Source of the DNA: a virus
Taxonomy: Duplodnaviria; Heunggongvirae; Uroviricota; Caudoviricetes
IMG/VR virus record: IMGVR_UViG_3300048573_000453
Coordinates: 32,421-96,420 of that record
Length of the DNA: 64,000 nt
Strand: one strand, 5' to 3'
Shown here: one piece after another, positions 8,210 through 16,062 of the stretch
How the letters are laid out: each line of letters starts with the position of its first letter
How positions within the stretch are numbered: the first letter of the stretch is position 1
Made by a program: the position numbers and the translations under genes
Notes under the pieces: generated by a model
Database searches by the model: none
What the model saw: the letters and a program-made list of their open reading frames with translations, nothing else
What the model was told of the DNA's origin: nothing

Positions 8210-8330
8210 AATATATTTCCTTCAGTTCAGCGGTTTATAATTAAGTATACCGCAACGTTGAATAAAAGTAAAGACTTGTTATTAGTGTATGCCAGACGTG
8301 ACTGAACTTCGATTTCAAGAACCGAAGCGG
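8210..8330 (-). promoter_or_regulatory. repeated promoter/leader module, copy D (full, with distal part)
   Basis: Upstream of 7988..8209. Confidence 0.5.
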
Positions 8331-8357
8331 TGAGAAATTGTTCGATTACCTCAAGAA

Positions 8358-8612
8358 TCACCTAATAGCATCAAGCTCTTCCTTCAGACGTTCATGGAAC
8401 GTCGATTCACCATCATCTGCGCTTAGCAGATAGTCAATCCGATGAACATAGACATAGGCCTTCTTCAAAGCAACCAACCCCTTCTTGAACTCATCCAGGG
8501 TTTCTTGGCTATATTCGGTATAGAACGGTTCCGTTCCGTTCAAGTGAGATTCCAACGCATCAATGACATTCCGGATGTGATACTGGTCATAGTTAAAGTG
8601 TCCGCCGCTCAT
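8358..8612 (-). CDS. hypothetical protein (84 aa)
   Basis: ORF. Confidence 0.45.
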   Translation of the reverse strand: MSGGHFNYDQYHIRNVIDALESHLNGTEPFYTEYSQETLDEFKKGLVALKKAYVYVHRIDYLLSADDGESTFHERLKEELDAIR

Positions 8613-8682
8613 TTGTTTGTTTCCCTAGTCAAGATAAGAACATTTGTGTTTGTTGATAGCAACCCCGCAGTCATCAGAAAAT

Positions 8683-9048
8683 TTACCCCTTGTACTTGCC
8701 CAGATTTGCTGCTGCTTGCACTATCAACATGCGAGCCACGCTCGCCCTCGACTGTCCCGAAGAGACATCACCGAATAATGGTGGGGCGCCAATCAATTCT
8801 ACCGGCAGCCCAATCTTTGGGTATTCGACTTCGACGCATGCCGGAAAATGACGGACGGAAATTTGGAGGTCAGCGGCAAGTTGAAACGCATCATCAGAGT
8901 CAGTCAACGGATCCCACATTCCAGCCCCAAAACCAATGGAGTCGATCATCTCCAGTCCGACTTCACCGTCATAGCCTGAACCAGCGTAATCAACATGGGG
9001 GATGCCAACGGCTTTAGCAGCAAGAATCAGGATACCAAGTTTAGCCAT
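8683..9048 (-). CDS. hypothetical protein (121 aa)
   Basis: ORF. Confidence 0.45.
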   Translation of the reverse strand: MAKLGILILAAKAVGIPHVDYAGSGYDGEVGLEMIDSIGFGAGMWDPLTDSDDAFQLAADLQISVRHFPACVEVEYPKIGLPVELIGAPPLFGDVSSGQSRASVARMLIVQAAANLGKYKG

Positions 9049-9062
9049 ATTGCCCTATCAAA

Positions 9063-9671
9063 TTATTTAGAAATGTTCACGAGCACTCGATTGTGCAAGC
9101 ACTGAATGTTGTACCCGCCTGCCAAGATAACTTGAATGGTAACCCAACGATCATTGACCTTAAAGGTTCCTGTAAAACCATCGTGACTGTACCGAACTTC
9201 AGCAGATTCCACTGCTTGGATGCCAGCTTTTAGAAGTTTCTTTGCAATCATCACATTTCGCTTATCAGCTTTAGCAGCAGAATTCTTGCGAACAAATTCT
9301 TCGATTACCGCAAACGAACGGCCGTCGAAAACGTTGTACCAAGTTTTTCCGCCAGCAACAGCAAACAATGCTGGGTAAAAGCCGCCAAATGCGCCCTTCT
9401 TCAAAAGTTCTTTGGCTTCTTCAGAATTTTTAAATTCTTTAATAGCAGTGATGCGTTCTTTTGCCCAAATTACGTTGCGATCAGCTTCAGCTTTATCAGA
9501 TGAAGCAAAGAAGGATTCGAGGGATGTGATGATGTTTTGCATAGATGCAATTATACAGTAGAACCTCGCATATTTTGGGGCATTTCCAAAATCTTTAAAT
9601 TTTTTGAATTCCAGCAAGATGATCCCCAGAATCCATCGTATCGGAATTCCAGACGTTCTGTAGATGATCAT
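9063..9671 (-). CDS. hypothetical protein (alternative start at ATG 9542 would avoid a 77-nt overlap)
   Basis: ORF; start uncertain. Confidence 0.45.
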   Translation of the reverse strand: MIIYRTSGIPIRWILGIILLEFKKFKDFGNAPKYARFYCIIASMQNIITSLESFFASSDKAEADRNVIWAKERITAIKEFKNSEEAKELLKKGAFGGFYPALFAVAGGKTWYNVFDGRSFAVIEEFVRKNSAAKADKRNVMIAKKLLKAGIQAVESAEVRYSHDGFTGTFKVNDRWVTIQVILAGGYNIQCLHNRVLVNISK

Positions 9672-9960
9672 AATTAATCCGAATCCAGTCCTTGACCGAA
9701 TCTAAATCATCTAGTTCTAATTTACAAATTCCCGCTCGAATTTCTGGTTCAAGCGAAATGGAAACACTGAAGTTGTCGACAGCATCAAATTTTCCTGAGG
9801 TATTCGAAACTTTGATTCTAGGTCCATGCTTGGCTCCACCCCTGGGATAAACCCAAATGAAATGACCTAAACCCGAGAATCGAGTAGATACCGAAGTCAT
9901 TTCATCCAGTTGCATCTGGTCGGGTGAAGTTTCCCCAACAAACAGTTTAAAGTTTTGCAT
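9595..9960 (-). CDS. hypothetical protein (121 aa)
   Basis: ORF. Confidence 0.45.
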   Translation of the reverse strand: MQNFKLFVGETSPDQMQLDEMTSVSTRFSGLGHFIWVYPRGGAKHGPRIKVSNTSGKFDAVDNFSVSISLEPEIRAGICKLELDDLDSVKDWIRINYDHLQNVWNSDTMDSGDHLAGIQKI

Positions 9961-9966
9961 AAGGGG

Positions 9967-10239
9967 TTAGTTCCCTGGAAATGGCAAATTTTGAAATTCT
10001 TCTTCAGTAATCCCAATGAATTCTAATGGATTGGGATAATTGTCAGAAACCTTCCATTTTATTTTGTCCCCATGTTTGAACCCGACCCATCGGCAATAAC
10101 CGCCGTCAGACATTCCAGCAATAAATCCTGATGGGGTTTCATAAAGATCTACGGCCCAATTATCCATTCTAGGGTAATTGGGCCGTAGATAAAACTTTTC
10201 AATAGCAATTTTTGTATAGAGTTGCTGAAACGTCATCAT
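9967..10239 (-). CDS. hypothetical protein (90 aa)
   Basis: ORF; 4-nt overlap with the downstream gene. Confidence 0.5.
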   Translation of the reverse strand: MMTFQQLYTKIAIEKFYLRPNYPRMDNWAVDLYETPSGFIAGMSDGGYCRWVGFKHGDKIKWKVSDNYPNPLEFIGITEEEFQNLPFPGN

Positions 10240-10541
10240 GTATGCTCGATTATTTCTATTCCAGCCATTTTAATGGCTCGTTCACATATAGGACAGGGTT
10301 TAGCTAAACCATAACCGGTTTTTGTAGGTCGACTAATGAAAATTTTATGGGCTTTATCAATTGCGCGGCATTTAATAATGGCATCAATTTCAGCATGCAA
10401 AAACTTTTTATGAGGCAAGCCTACAGCATTTGCGTGCCTTGCTTGGATAGTATGCGTTTTAATATAAGAATTCTTACCGACTGAAAGGACCCTTCCGCGT
10501 TTATCATAAATGATGGCGGTTATTTCGTGCTTTATTGACAT
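10236..10541 (-). CDS. CMP/dCMP-type zinc deaminase domain protein
   Basis: HAE(IDAI) ... PCPICE zinc-binding motifs. Confidence 0.65.
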   Translation of the reverse strand: MSIKHEITAIIYDKRGRVLSVGKNSYIKTHTIQARHANAVGLPHKKFLHAEIDAIIKCRAIDKAHKIFISRPTKTGYGLAKPCPICERAIKMAGIEIIEHT

Positions 10542-10621
10542 TGTTTCGAGAAGAACGAAAATCGCTCTTCCTTGCTTCCAAGGAAAGTATCATGCTTTTT
10601 ATCTTTTGAATTCATTTTGTT

Positions 10622-11053
10622 TCAGTCTTGTTGCTGTTCAAATTGTGATCTATATTGCTCGAAATCTTCGATGCGATAGGACTCAGCCTGTTCCCACTCC
10701 TCATATAGAATTTCAAAGTTGCCGGATTCTGCAATCTCAGAAAGCACAGACGTGCAAAACAAATAAATTTCAGATTCGTAATTCTTCAGAGAGCACGCAA
10801 ACGTCCATCGACCGGTTGTTGCATCAAAGTGTCGCACAAACCGCTCATTGGTTTCCCATTCGTCGGGCATATAGCACAATGCCCCGAATGGAATAAAATT
10901 GGCACGATTTTTCATAGCGAACTTTTCCAGGAAAGGGAATTTCCCAATAAAATGTTTCCATGAATAATTACCCTCCCCCATGATTGAGCAAATCATGTCG
11001 CGATATTCTGGTTTGATCACCACATCAGCACGAAAACCGGTATACATTCCCAT
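10622..11053 (-). CDS. hypothetical protein (143 aa)
   Basis: ORF. Confidence 0.45.
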   Translation of the reverse strand: MGMYTGFRADVVIKPEYRDMICSIMGEGNYSWKHFIGKFPFLEKFAMKNRANFIPFGALCYMPDEWETNERFVRHFDATTGRWTFACSLKNYESEIYLFCTSVLSEIAESGNFEILYEEWEQAESYRIEDFEQYRSQFEQQQD

Positions 11054-11142
11054 AATTTAATTCTCCAAATCGGTTTTAACTGTTTGCGCTTGCGTTTAAA
11101 CCTTTTAAGGTTTACCGGAAATAGACGCTCAGCTATTGTACA

Positions 11143-11646
11143 TCAAATACTTCTTTCAGCGTGAACTTTGTTTTTCACGACAGAAAAGATAATTAGCTTC
11201 ACTTCGACCCCGTAGTAATTTAAGCTGTGTGGTTTTCTTGGGTTAAAGATGAGTGGTTCCCCAACATGTAGCTCTTGTGTTTTCTTCTTACCCGAACTAT
11301 CAAAGTAAGTAAGTTCCCCTGCGGAACTATAAATGCTTTTTGAAACGGCACCAGTTTTAAACGGGATCACACAGAACAAACATGGGGCGCAAACATCATC
11401 GTCATGTTCCTTTACCGAATGGTCATGCCACTGTATCTCAAAGAAACCGCCAGGAATGGCCGAATCAAAATTGCGAGACTGTTGTGGTAGGAGAGAAAAT
11501 CCGAGCTCAAGGACTTCTGCGCGAATTTCATTTTCAGTTTCAGAATCAAGTTGGCTCATCGGGATGAGACGGTTTACAAAATCCCCTACGGTGGTAAAGC
11601 GTTCAGGAGAATCTAGGAAATCGATTGAGGTTTTTGTGAAGTTCAT
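11143..11646 (-). CDS. hypothetical protein (167 aa)
   Basis: ORF. Confidence 0.45.
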   Translation of the reverse strand: MNFTKTSIDFLDSPERFTTVGDFVNRLIPMSQLDSETENEIRAEVLELGFSLLPQQSRNFDSAIPGGFFEIQWHDHSVKEHDDDVCAPCLFCVIPFKTGAVSKSIYSSAGELTYFDSSGKKKTQELHVGEPLIFNPRKPHSLNYYGVEVKLIIFSVVKNKVHAERSI

Positions 11647-11846
11647 AAGCGAATTATACTACAGATTTCGCCAAATTGCAGTTGCGGTTTTTAAATCTTT
11701 CGGAAAGAATCCTGCGGGCTGAGGCTGCGAAGAAAGTTGTTCGGGACCTGATTTAGCCAGACCCCGAACTCGTGATTCTACCCAGCAAGAATTGCATGTC
11801 TGTTTTACGGCAGGCTCAGAACATTTGCAGCTTGCAAACTGAAAAG

Positions 11847-12092
11847 TCATGGCTGAACTTCAATTTCTTCGATCGTCCAGAAATCAAAGCCCGAACCACA
11901 TTCTTCGCTCCACTCATCATCCCAGATATCTGGGTATTCTTCTTTAAGACGGAGGAATTCCTGCTTGAGGGTTTCCTTGTGTGAAAGAACAGCCATTATT
12001 GCACACTCTTTACTAAAGTGCAAGGACAGTATGCCGGCGACAGATCCTGGCCCATCTGAGTACAATGCAGCGAAGACTTTCATGTTCACCAA
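11847..12092 (-). CDS. hypothetical protein (81 aa)
   Basis: ORF. Confidence 0.4.
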   Translation of the reverse strand: MVNMKVFAALYSDGPGSVAGILSLHFSKECAIMAVLSHKETLKQEFLRLKEEYPDIWDDEWSEECGSGFDFWTIEEIEVQP

Positions 12093-12454
12093 TCAATATT
12101 AATTAAGTAATTTCCAGGAGCAAGTTTACCTTTGGCAGCAAGATCTTCAATGATCGTTGTGACGTCAGGATAGAAGTTTCTATGCCACCAAAGTTCATTG
12201 TTGTAGCTCATATTGACAGGATCGCGATCCAACCAAGCACGAAATGAAACTCCCATTTTATCAGTGGAAGTAGTTTCTGGGATTGAAATATTTGTGTAAT
12301 CCCAAGACTCACAAATCAAAGGAATACTAAATTCATATACTCCTCGATCTTTACACCCGGCTTGCTGCTGGAATGAATATGGCTTACCATATTCGGCAAC
12401 TACCATAGCATCCCATTCGGAGTCCTCGATCATATTGACAGTTTTGAATTTCAT
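12086..12454 (-). CDS. hypothetical protein (122 aa)
   Basis: ORF; overlapping neighbours. Confidence 0.45.
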   Translation of the reverse strand: MKFKTVNMIEDSEWDAMVVAEYGKPYSFQQQAGCKDRGVYEFSIPLICESWDYTNISIPETTSTDKMGVSFRAWLDRDPVNMSYNNELWWHRNFYPDVTTIIEDLAAKGKLAPGNYLINIDW

Positions 12455-12828
12455 TTCAATTCTTCTTCAGTCGGTTTACGGCATAAATTCCAAATGACTG
12501 GGGCGGATTTTGAAGTCCAAGAAGTAGTACCTTCTGCAAAAGTCATAGGGTGTCCAGTAAGGGATACACCTGCAAAATACCGTTTATGGCAATTTTCGTT
12601 ATTCATAGAAACGATTACTTTGTCATCAATTTTGAAGTCATCCCATTCAGACACTTCTATGAGTTCAAGATTTGAGTTTTCGTATCGTGATACTCCATGA
12701 ATATCCCAAGTGTAAATCCCATATACGTTAATTCCGATAACTGGAAAGTTTGTATCAGGACCATCAACGCACAAAATGCGAACAGGTTCACCGTATGCGG
12801 TTTTGTATTTCTTATCCATTGAAATCAT
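12451..12828 (-). CDS. hypothetical protein (125 aa)
   Basis: ORF. Confidence 0.45.
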   Translation of the reverse strand: MISMDKKYKTAYGEPVRILCVDGPDTNFPVIGINVYGIYTWDIHGVSRYENSNLELIEVSEWDDFKIDDKVIVSMNNENCHKRYFAGVSLTGHPMTFAEGTTSWTSKSAPVIWNLCRKPTEEELK

Positions 12829-12842
12829 ATAAGTTCCCAGTT

Positions 12843-13259
12843 TTAATCAGACTCGGGATCATCAACAGTATTCAAAATGCCAAGCATGGCTTTTGCAACC
12901 GTGATGGCGTCTTCCTTGTTGTCAAAAATCAACCCACGATCAAAAAGCCGCCTTGAGTATTCATGACTTGAGTATTCATGGTCCTGCCAATCAAACCAAC
13001 CATAAAATGTTTCGACGGTAATATCCGGATAAAAACAAGATGCGCCACGTTTAGGCCACACGGTCATCGGACCAGGAACCTCAATCCCATTGATAATTTG
13101 TGTCTTTGGTTTCAATCGGTATTCGGAGCGATAGTCCAAATCACGGAGAGACAGAATGTCAGCCCATTCTCCTGATGACATTCTGTACTGAACTCCTTTA
13201 CCTAAAGCAAAGGCCAAAATGTATTCGCAATTTCTGTGTTTCATAGTTTGATGTTTCAT
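12843..13259 (-). CDS. hypothetical protein (138 aa)
   Basis: ORF. Confidence 0.45.
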   Translation of the reverse strand: MKHQTMKHRNCEYILAFALGKGVQYRMSSGEWADILSLRDLDYRSEYRLKPKTQIINGIEVPGPMTVWPKRGASCFYPDITVETFYGWFDWQDHEYSSHEYSRRLFDRGLIFDNKEDAITVAKAMLGILNTVDDPESD

Positions 13260-13334
13260 AGTTTAAAACGATTATAATGTATGCACTATTATTCAATTTT
13301 GATTAAAGCTGCTCTGAAAGTAAATTTCCCAATT

Positions 13335-13853
13335 TCAAATTCCTAAAACTTTCGCGACTTGTTCAACCCTAGATCGAACGGGTCCAGTCAAAACATTATA
13401 CGGTATTTTGTGCGCCTCTAAGTAATCTTCGTAAAATTTTTCTTGCAGCAAGCTAAACTCTTCAGGACCCCTAGTGCCGTCATTCACAAATGGAAAATCC
13501 CGCTTGCATAAAAACACAAAATCATAGTTCCGATTTTCAGCTTGTTCAGTAATTGACATATCAACATAATTGTACCATACGTTAGAATAAAACATCGTTA
13601 CTAACGGAGTAGTATCACAAACCACAAAATCAATACTATTCTCTTTAGCATGAAGAACCGCTTTATCCTCCATGCGACATTGCACAGAACAAATATGACG
13701 CATATCGTCTTTGTTATAAATGTTCCCAATAAACTGGCCAAGAATGCGTCCATATTCTTGAACAACGGGGATTTCCAAAGACTGTGAAAGCGCATTTGCA
13801 AGAGTTGTCTTCCCAGAAGACTCTCCACCAATAAGAGCGATTTTTAAAGTCAT
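13335..13853 (-). CDS. ribosylnicotinamide kinase (NadR C-terminal-domain-like P-loop kinase)
   Basis: IALIGGESSGKTT Walker A in the NadR-RNK-like context; 4-nt overlap with the NMNAT gene. Confidence 0.65.
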   Translation of the reverse strand: MTLKIALIGGESSGKTTLANALSQSLEIPVVQEYGRILGQFIGNIYNKDDMRHICSVQCRMEDKAVLHAKENSIDFVVCDTTPLVTMFYSNVWYNYVDMSITEQAENRNYDFVFLCKRDFPFVNDGTRGPEEFSLLQEKFYEDYLEAHKIPYNVLTGPVRSRVEQVAKVLGI

Positions 13854-14377
13854 AGTTTGATTTCCGTTTCACAAATTCGAACGTCATTTTTATCAATGAC
13901 TGCTTTCAACATGATCTTTCTTACATCTGTATGAATGAACTGATGATGTATTGTACTGTCATTTCTTAGCAAAGTTGCACTAATGGGAACATTTTTTCGT
14001 GCTTTGTCGACTTCAAAATGCTTGACTGGCTTGCCCGATCTTTTTGAAAGATATGCTGCGAATCCAACGCCATAATCTTCAGATGTAAACACAATATCAG
14101 GAAGCATATTTGCAATCTTTGCTATTTGAAAACAGAATTCCCTATGAACATCTTCTCCCCCAAAGTCGTCGGGTATTCCTTCAGTTGGCATAATTACGGT
14201 GGCAGTTGGAAACCGAGATGCTAACATCTTTTTCCTAACACTTGCTGAGAACCCAAGATCCCTAGAAGTGTAAGAAATGATTAGCAGTTGGTCAACTTTT
14301 TCAAGCGCAGTGTTAATCAGCAGCTCGTGGCCAAAGTGCAACGGGCAAAATTTTCCAACCACCAATCCAATTGTCAT
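13850..14377 (-). CDS. NMN adenylyltransferase (NadR/NadM-type nucleotidyltransferase)
   Basis: GKFCPLHFGH (H/T)xGH nucleotidyltransferase motif near the N-terminus. Confidence 0.7.
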   Translation of the reverse strand: MTIGLVVGKFCPLHFGHELLINTALEKVDQLLIISYTSRDLGFSASVRKKMLASRFPTATVIMPTEGIPDDFGGEDVHREFCFQIAKIANMLPDIVFTSEDYGVGFAAYLSKRSGKPVKHFEVDKARKNVPISATLLRNDSTIHHQFIHTDVRKIMLKAVIDKNDVRICETEIKL

Positions 14378-14808
14378 TTTACTTCTGCGCCCAAGAGTTC
14401 AGATTTAACAGACCCGTCATCATTGACATACACTGTATCGTTTAGATTTAAACCTCTTACCCCAGTCTCAAATTTAAAAGTAAATGCTTTTCCAGCGTGG
14501 ATGACCCTGCTCGTGTGGCCCGAAGCTTGCGCAGAATACGAACCCGGGTTAAGTTTGGTCTCAACGGTTTCAGGCTCTTTAGCTTCTTGCGAAACTGGCT
14601 TTCCCAAGACTTTTGAACGAACCGAACCATCACCATCAACAGTAATGGCGTCAGGTACATTAAAACCCTTGACATAATTTTCGAATTTAAATACGAATGT
14701 TTTATCCCGATAGACAACTCGACTTTCGTTGCCTGATGCAATTGCGGGGTAAGTCCCAACTTGAAGGTTATCGCCGTTAAGTGATGATAATAAATTATAC
14801 ACGTTCAT
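14374..14808 (-). CDS. hypothetical protein with internal tandem duplication (start moved to ATG 14808)
   Basis: Two ~55-aa repeats (GTYPAIASGNESRVVYRDKTFVFKFE... / GSYSAQASGHTSRVIHAGKAFTFKFE...); GGAG RBS. Confidence 0.5.
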   Translation of the reverse strand: MNVYNLLSSLNGDNLQVGTYPAIASGNESRVVYRDKTFVFKFENYVKGFNVPDAITVDGDGSVRSKVLGKPVSQEAKEPETVETKLNPGSYSAQASGHTSRVIHAGKAFTFKFETGVRGLNLNDTVYVNDDGSVKSELLGAEVK

Positions 14809-15427
14809 TGTTTTGCTCCGTAATAATGATTTTCCATTTGTGCCATGCCCACCAAGCATGAACCCAAAATGCTGTGTACATGATTGCAGTAGGATACAAT
14901 TCTCGACTCCAATAAAGGGGAACTGCAACAGTGTTTACCAGGATCCAGAATGGCCAGTTTTCAAGTTTTCGGCGCATTAGGAGTAATTGTGCAACAACGC
15001 TAAATGTCAACACTAAACTGTCAACAAATGGTGCATAAGCCGTAGTAAATGTCTTTAGAAGTACGCCATAACAGATCGCAACAGATACTGCGCCAATAAA
15101 CATGATCAGAGAAGATTTAGTCGTGGCTTTAGAAATCTTCTCGCTTGGTTCAATGAATGAAACCTTCCAATCAGGATTGGCCCAGCTGTACCAACCAATA
15201 AACCCTGTTAGTACAAAGAACATTTGCAACGACACGTCTGCAAAGAGGTTGAACTGATAAAACAGCATAGCATACAATATCGTGCCGATAATCCCAATCC
15301 ACCAAGAATGGACACTGTTACGACCGGCTAAAAATACGCAGAGAACAGTTGCAAAAATTGCAGACCATTCAAGCCCGCTTACGTTCAAAAAAGCAGTAAA
15401 AATTTGATCAAACATAAAATTCCTCAC
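14795..15427 (-). CDS. pnuC: PnuC nicotinamide riboside transporter
   Basis: ~210 aa polytopic membrane protein with Trp-rich PnuC-like segments (WWIGIIG..., WYSWANPDW..., WVHAWWAWHKW). Confidence 0.65.
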   Translation of the reverse strand: MRNFMFDQIFTAFLNVSGLEWSAIFATVLCVFLAGRNSVHSWWIGIIGTILYAMLFYQFNLFADVSLQMFFVLTGFIGWYSWANPDWKVSFIEPSEKISKATTKSSLIMFIGAVSVAICYGVLLKTFTTAYAPFVDSLVLTFSVVAQLLLMRRKLENWPFWILVNTVAVPLYWSRELYPTAIMYTAFWVHAWWAWHKWKIIITEQNNERV

Positions 15428-15604
15428 AGTTCAAAATTGATTTATCAACCCGTAGATCCGGGCAAAAAGGCATCCTATTGGCCTATTGGCCTATTGTTCG
15501 ATCCAATGCCCCAATTACGTCATGTAAAGGCGTGAAATTGCAAATTGCTGATAAGGCAACCCAGCGAACAACGCCATCAACATAATTGTCGAGTGACACA
15601 TGTA

Positions 15605-15647
15605 AAAATCCCCTGAAATGTATTGTACTACAAATTCAGGGATTTCC
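15605..15647 (-). terminator. rho-independent terminator (minus strand), within the long pnuC upstream region
   Basis: ~11-bp stem AATCCCCTGAA/TTCAGGGATT then TTTTTACATG on the minus strand. Confidence 0.55.
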
Positions 15648-15662
15648 TAATGCTTTAAAGAA

Positions 15663-16046
15663 TTACAGCATTTTTTCCAGTTCCTCGATGCTCATATCTG
15701 CCAGTGCAGCATCCTTTTTATTCTGGATCAATTCCATGATGCGCTGTTTCTTAGCAGCAGTTTCACGTGCTGCATCCCGAATATTCTTTTCTTCGAGCTT
15801 AACCGCAATGATGTGCTTAACAACTTCGATTTGAGCTTCTAGAAGACTGTTGCTTTCGGTTTTGACTTCAACAAAAGAGGGTACGCTGCTAGCTTGGATT
15901 TCCTTGTGAAGTTGGCGAGCAACCCCATCTAGAGAAACGCCTGTGCTAGAAGTCAGCGGAAGTGCCCACAGATCTTCGGTAGTGATAAGACCTATTTTCG
16001 ACGAAAAACGGAAACCTTGGCGAGTTGCTTGTTCAAAAATGTTCAT
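15663..16046 (-). CDS. hypothetical protein (127 aa)
   Basis: ORF followed by a terminator hairpin. Confidence 0.5.
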   Translation of the reverse strand: MNIFEQATRQGFRFSSKIGLITTEDLWALPLTSSTGVSLDGVARQLHKEIQASSVPSFVEVKTESNSLLEAQIEVVKHIIAVKLEEKNIRDAARETAAKKQRIMELIQNKKDAALADMSIEELEKML

Positions 16047-16062
16047 GACTTTTCCTTTAAAA

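Noticed and set aside
13601-13896. ORFs 13601..13831 and 13714..13896 inside the RNK/NMNAT genes
   Set aside because: Internal alternative-frame ORFs within well-supported enzyme genes.
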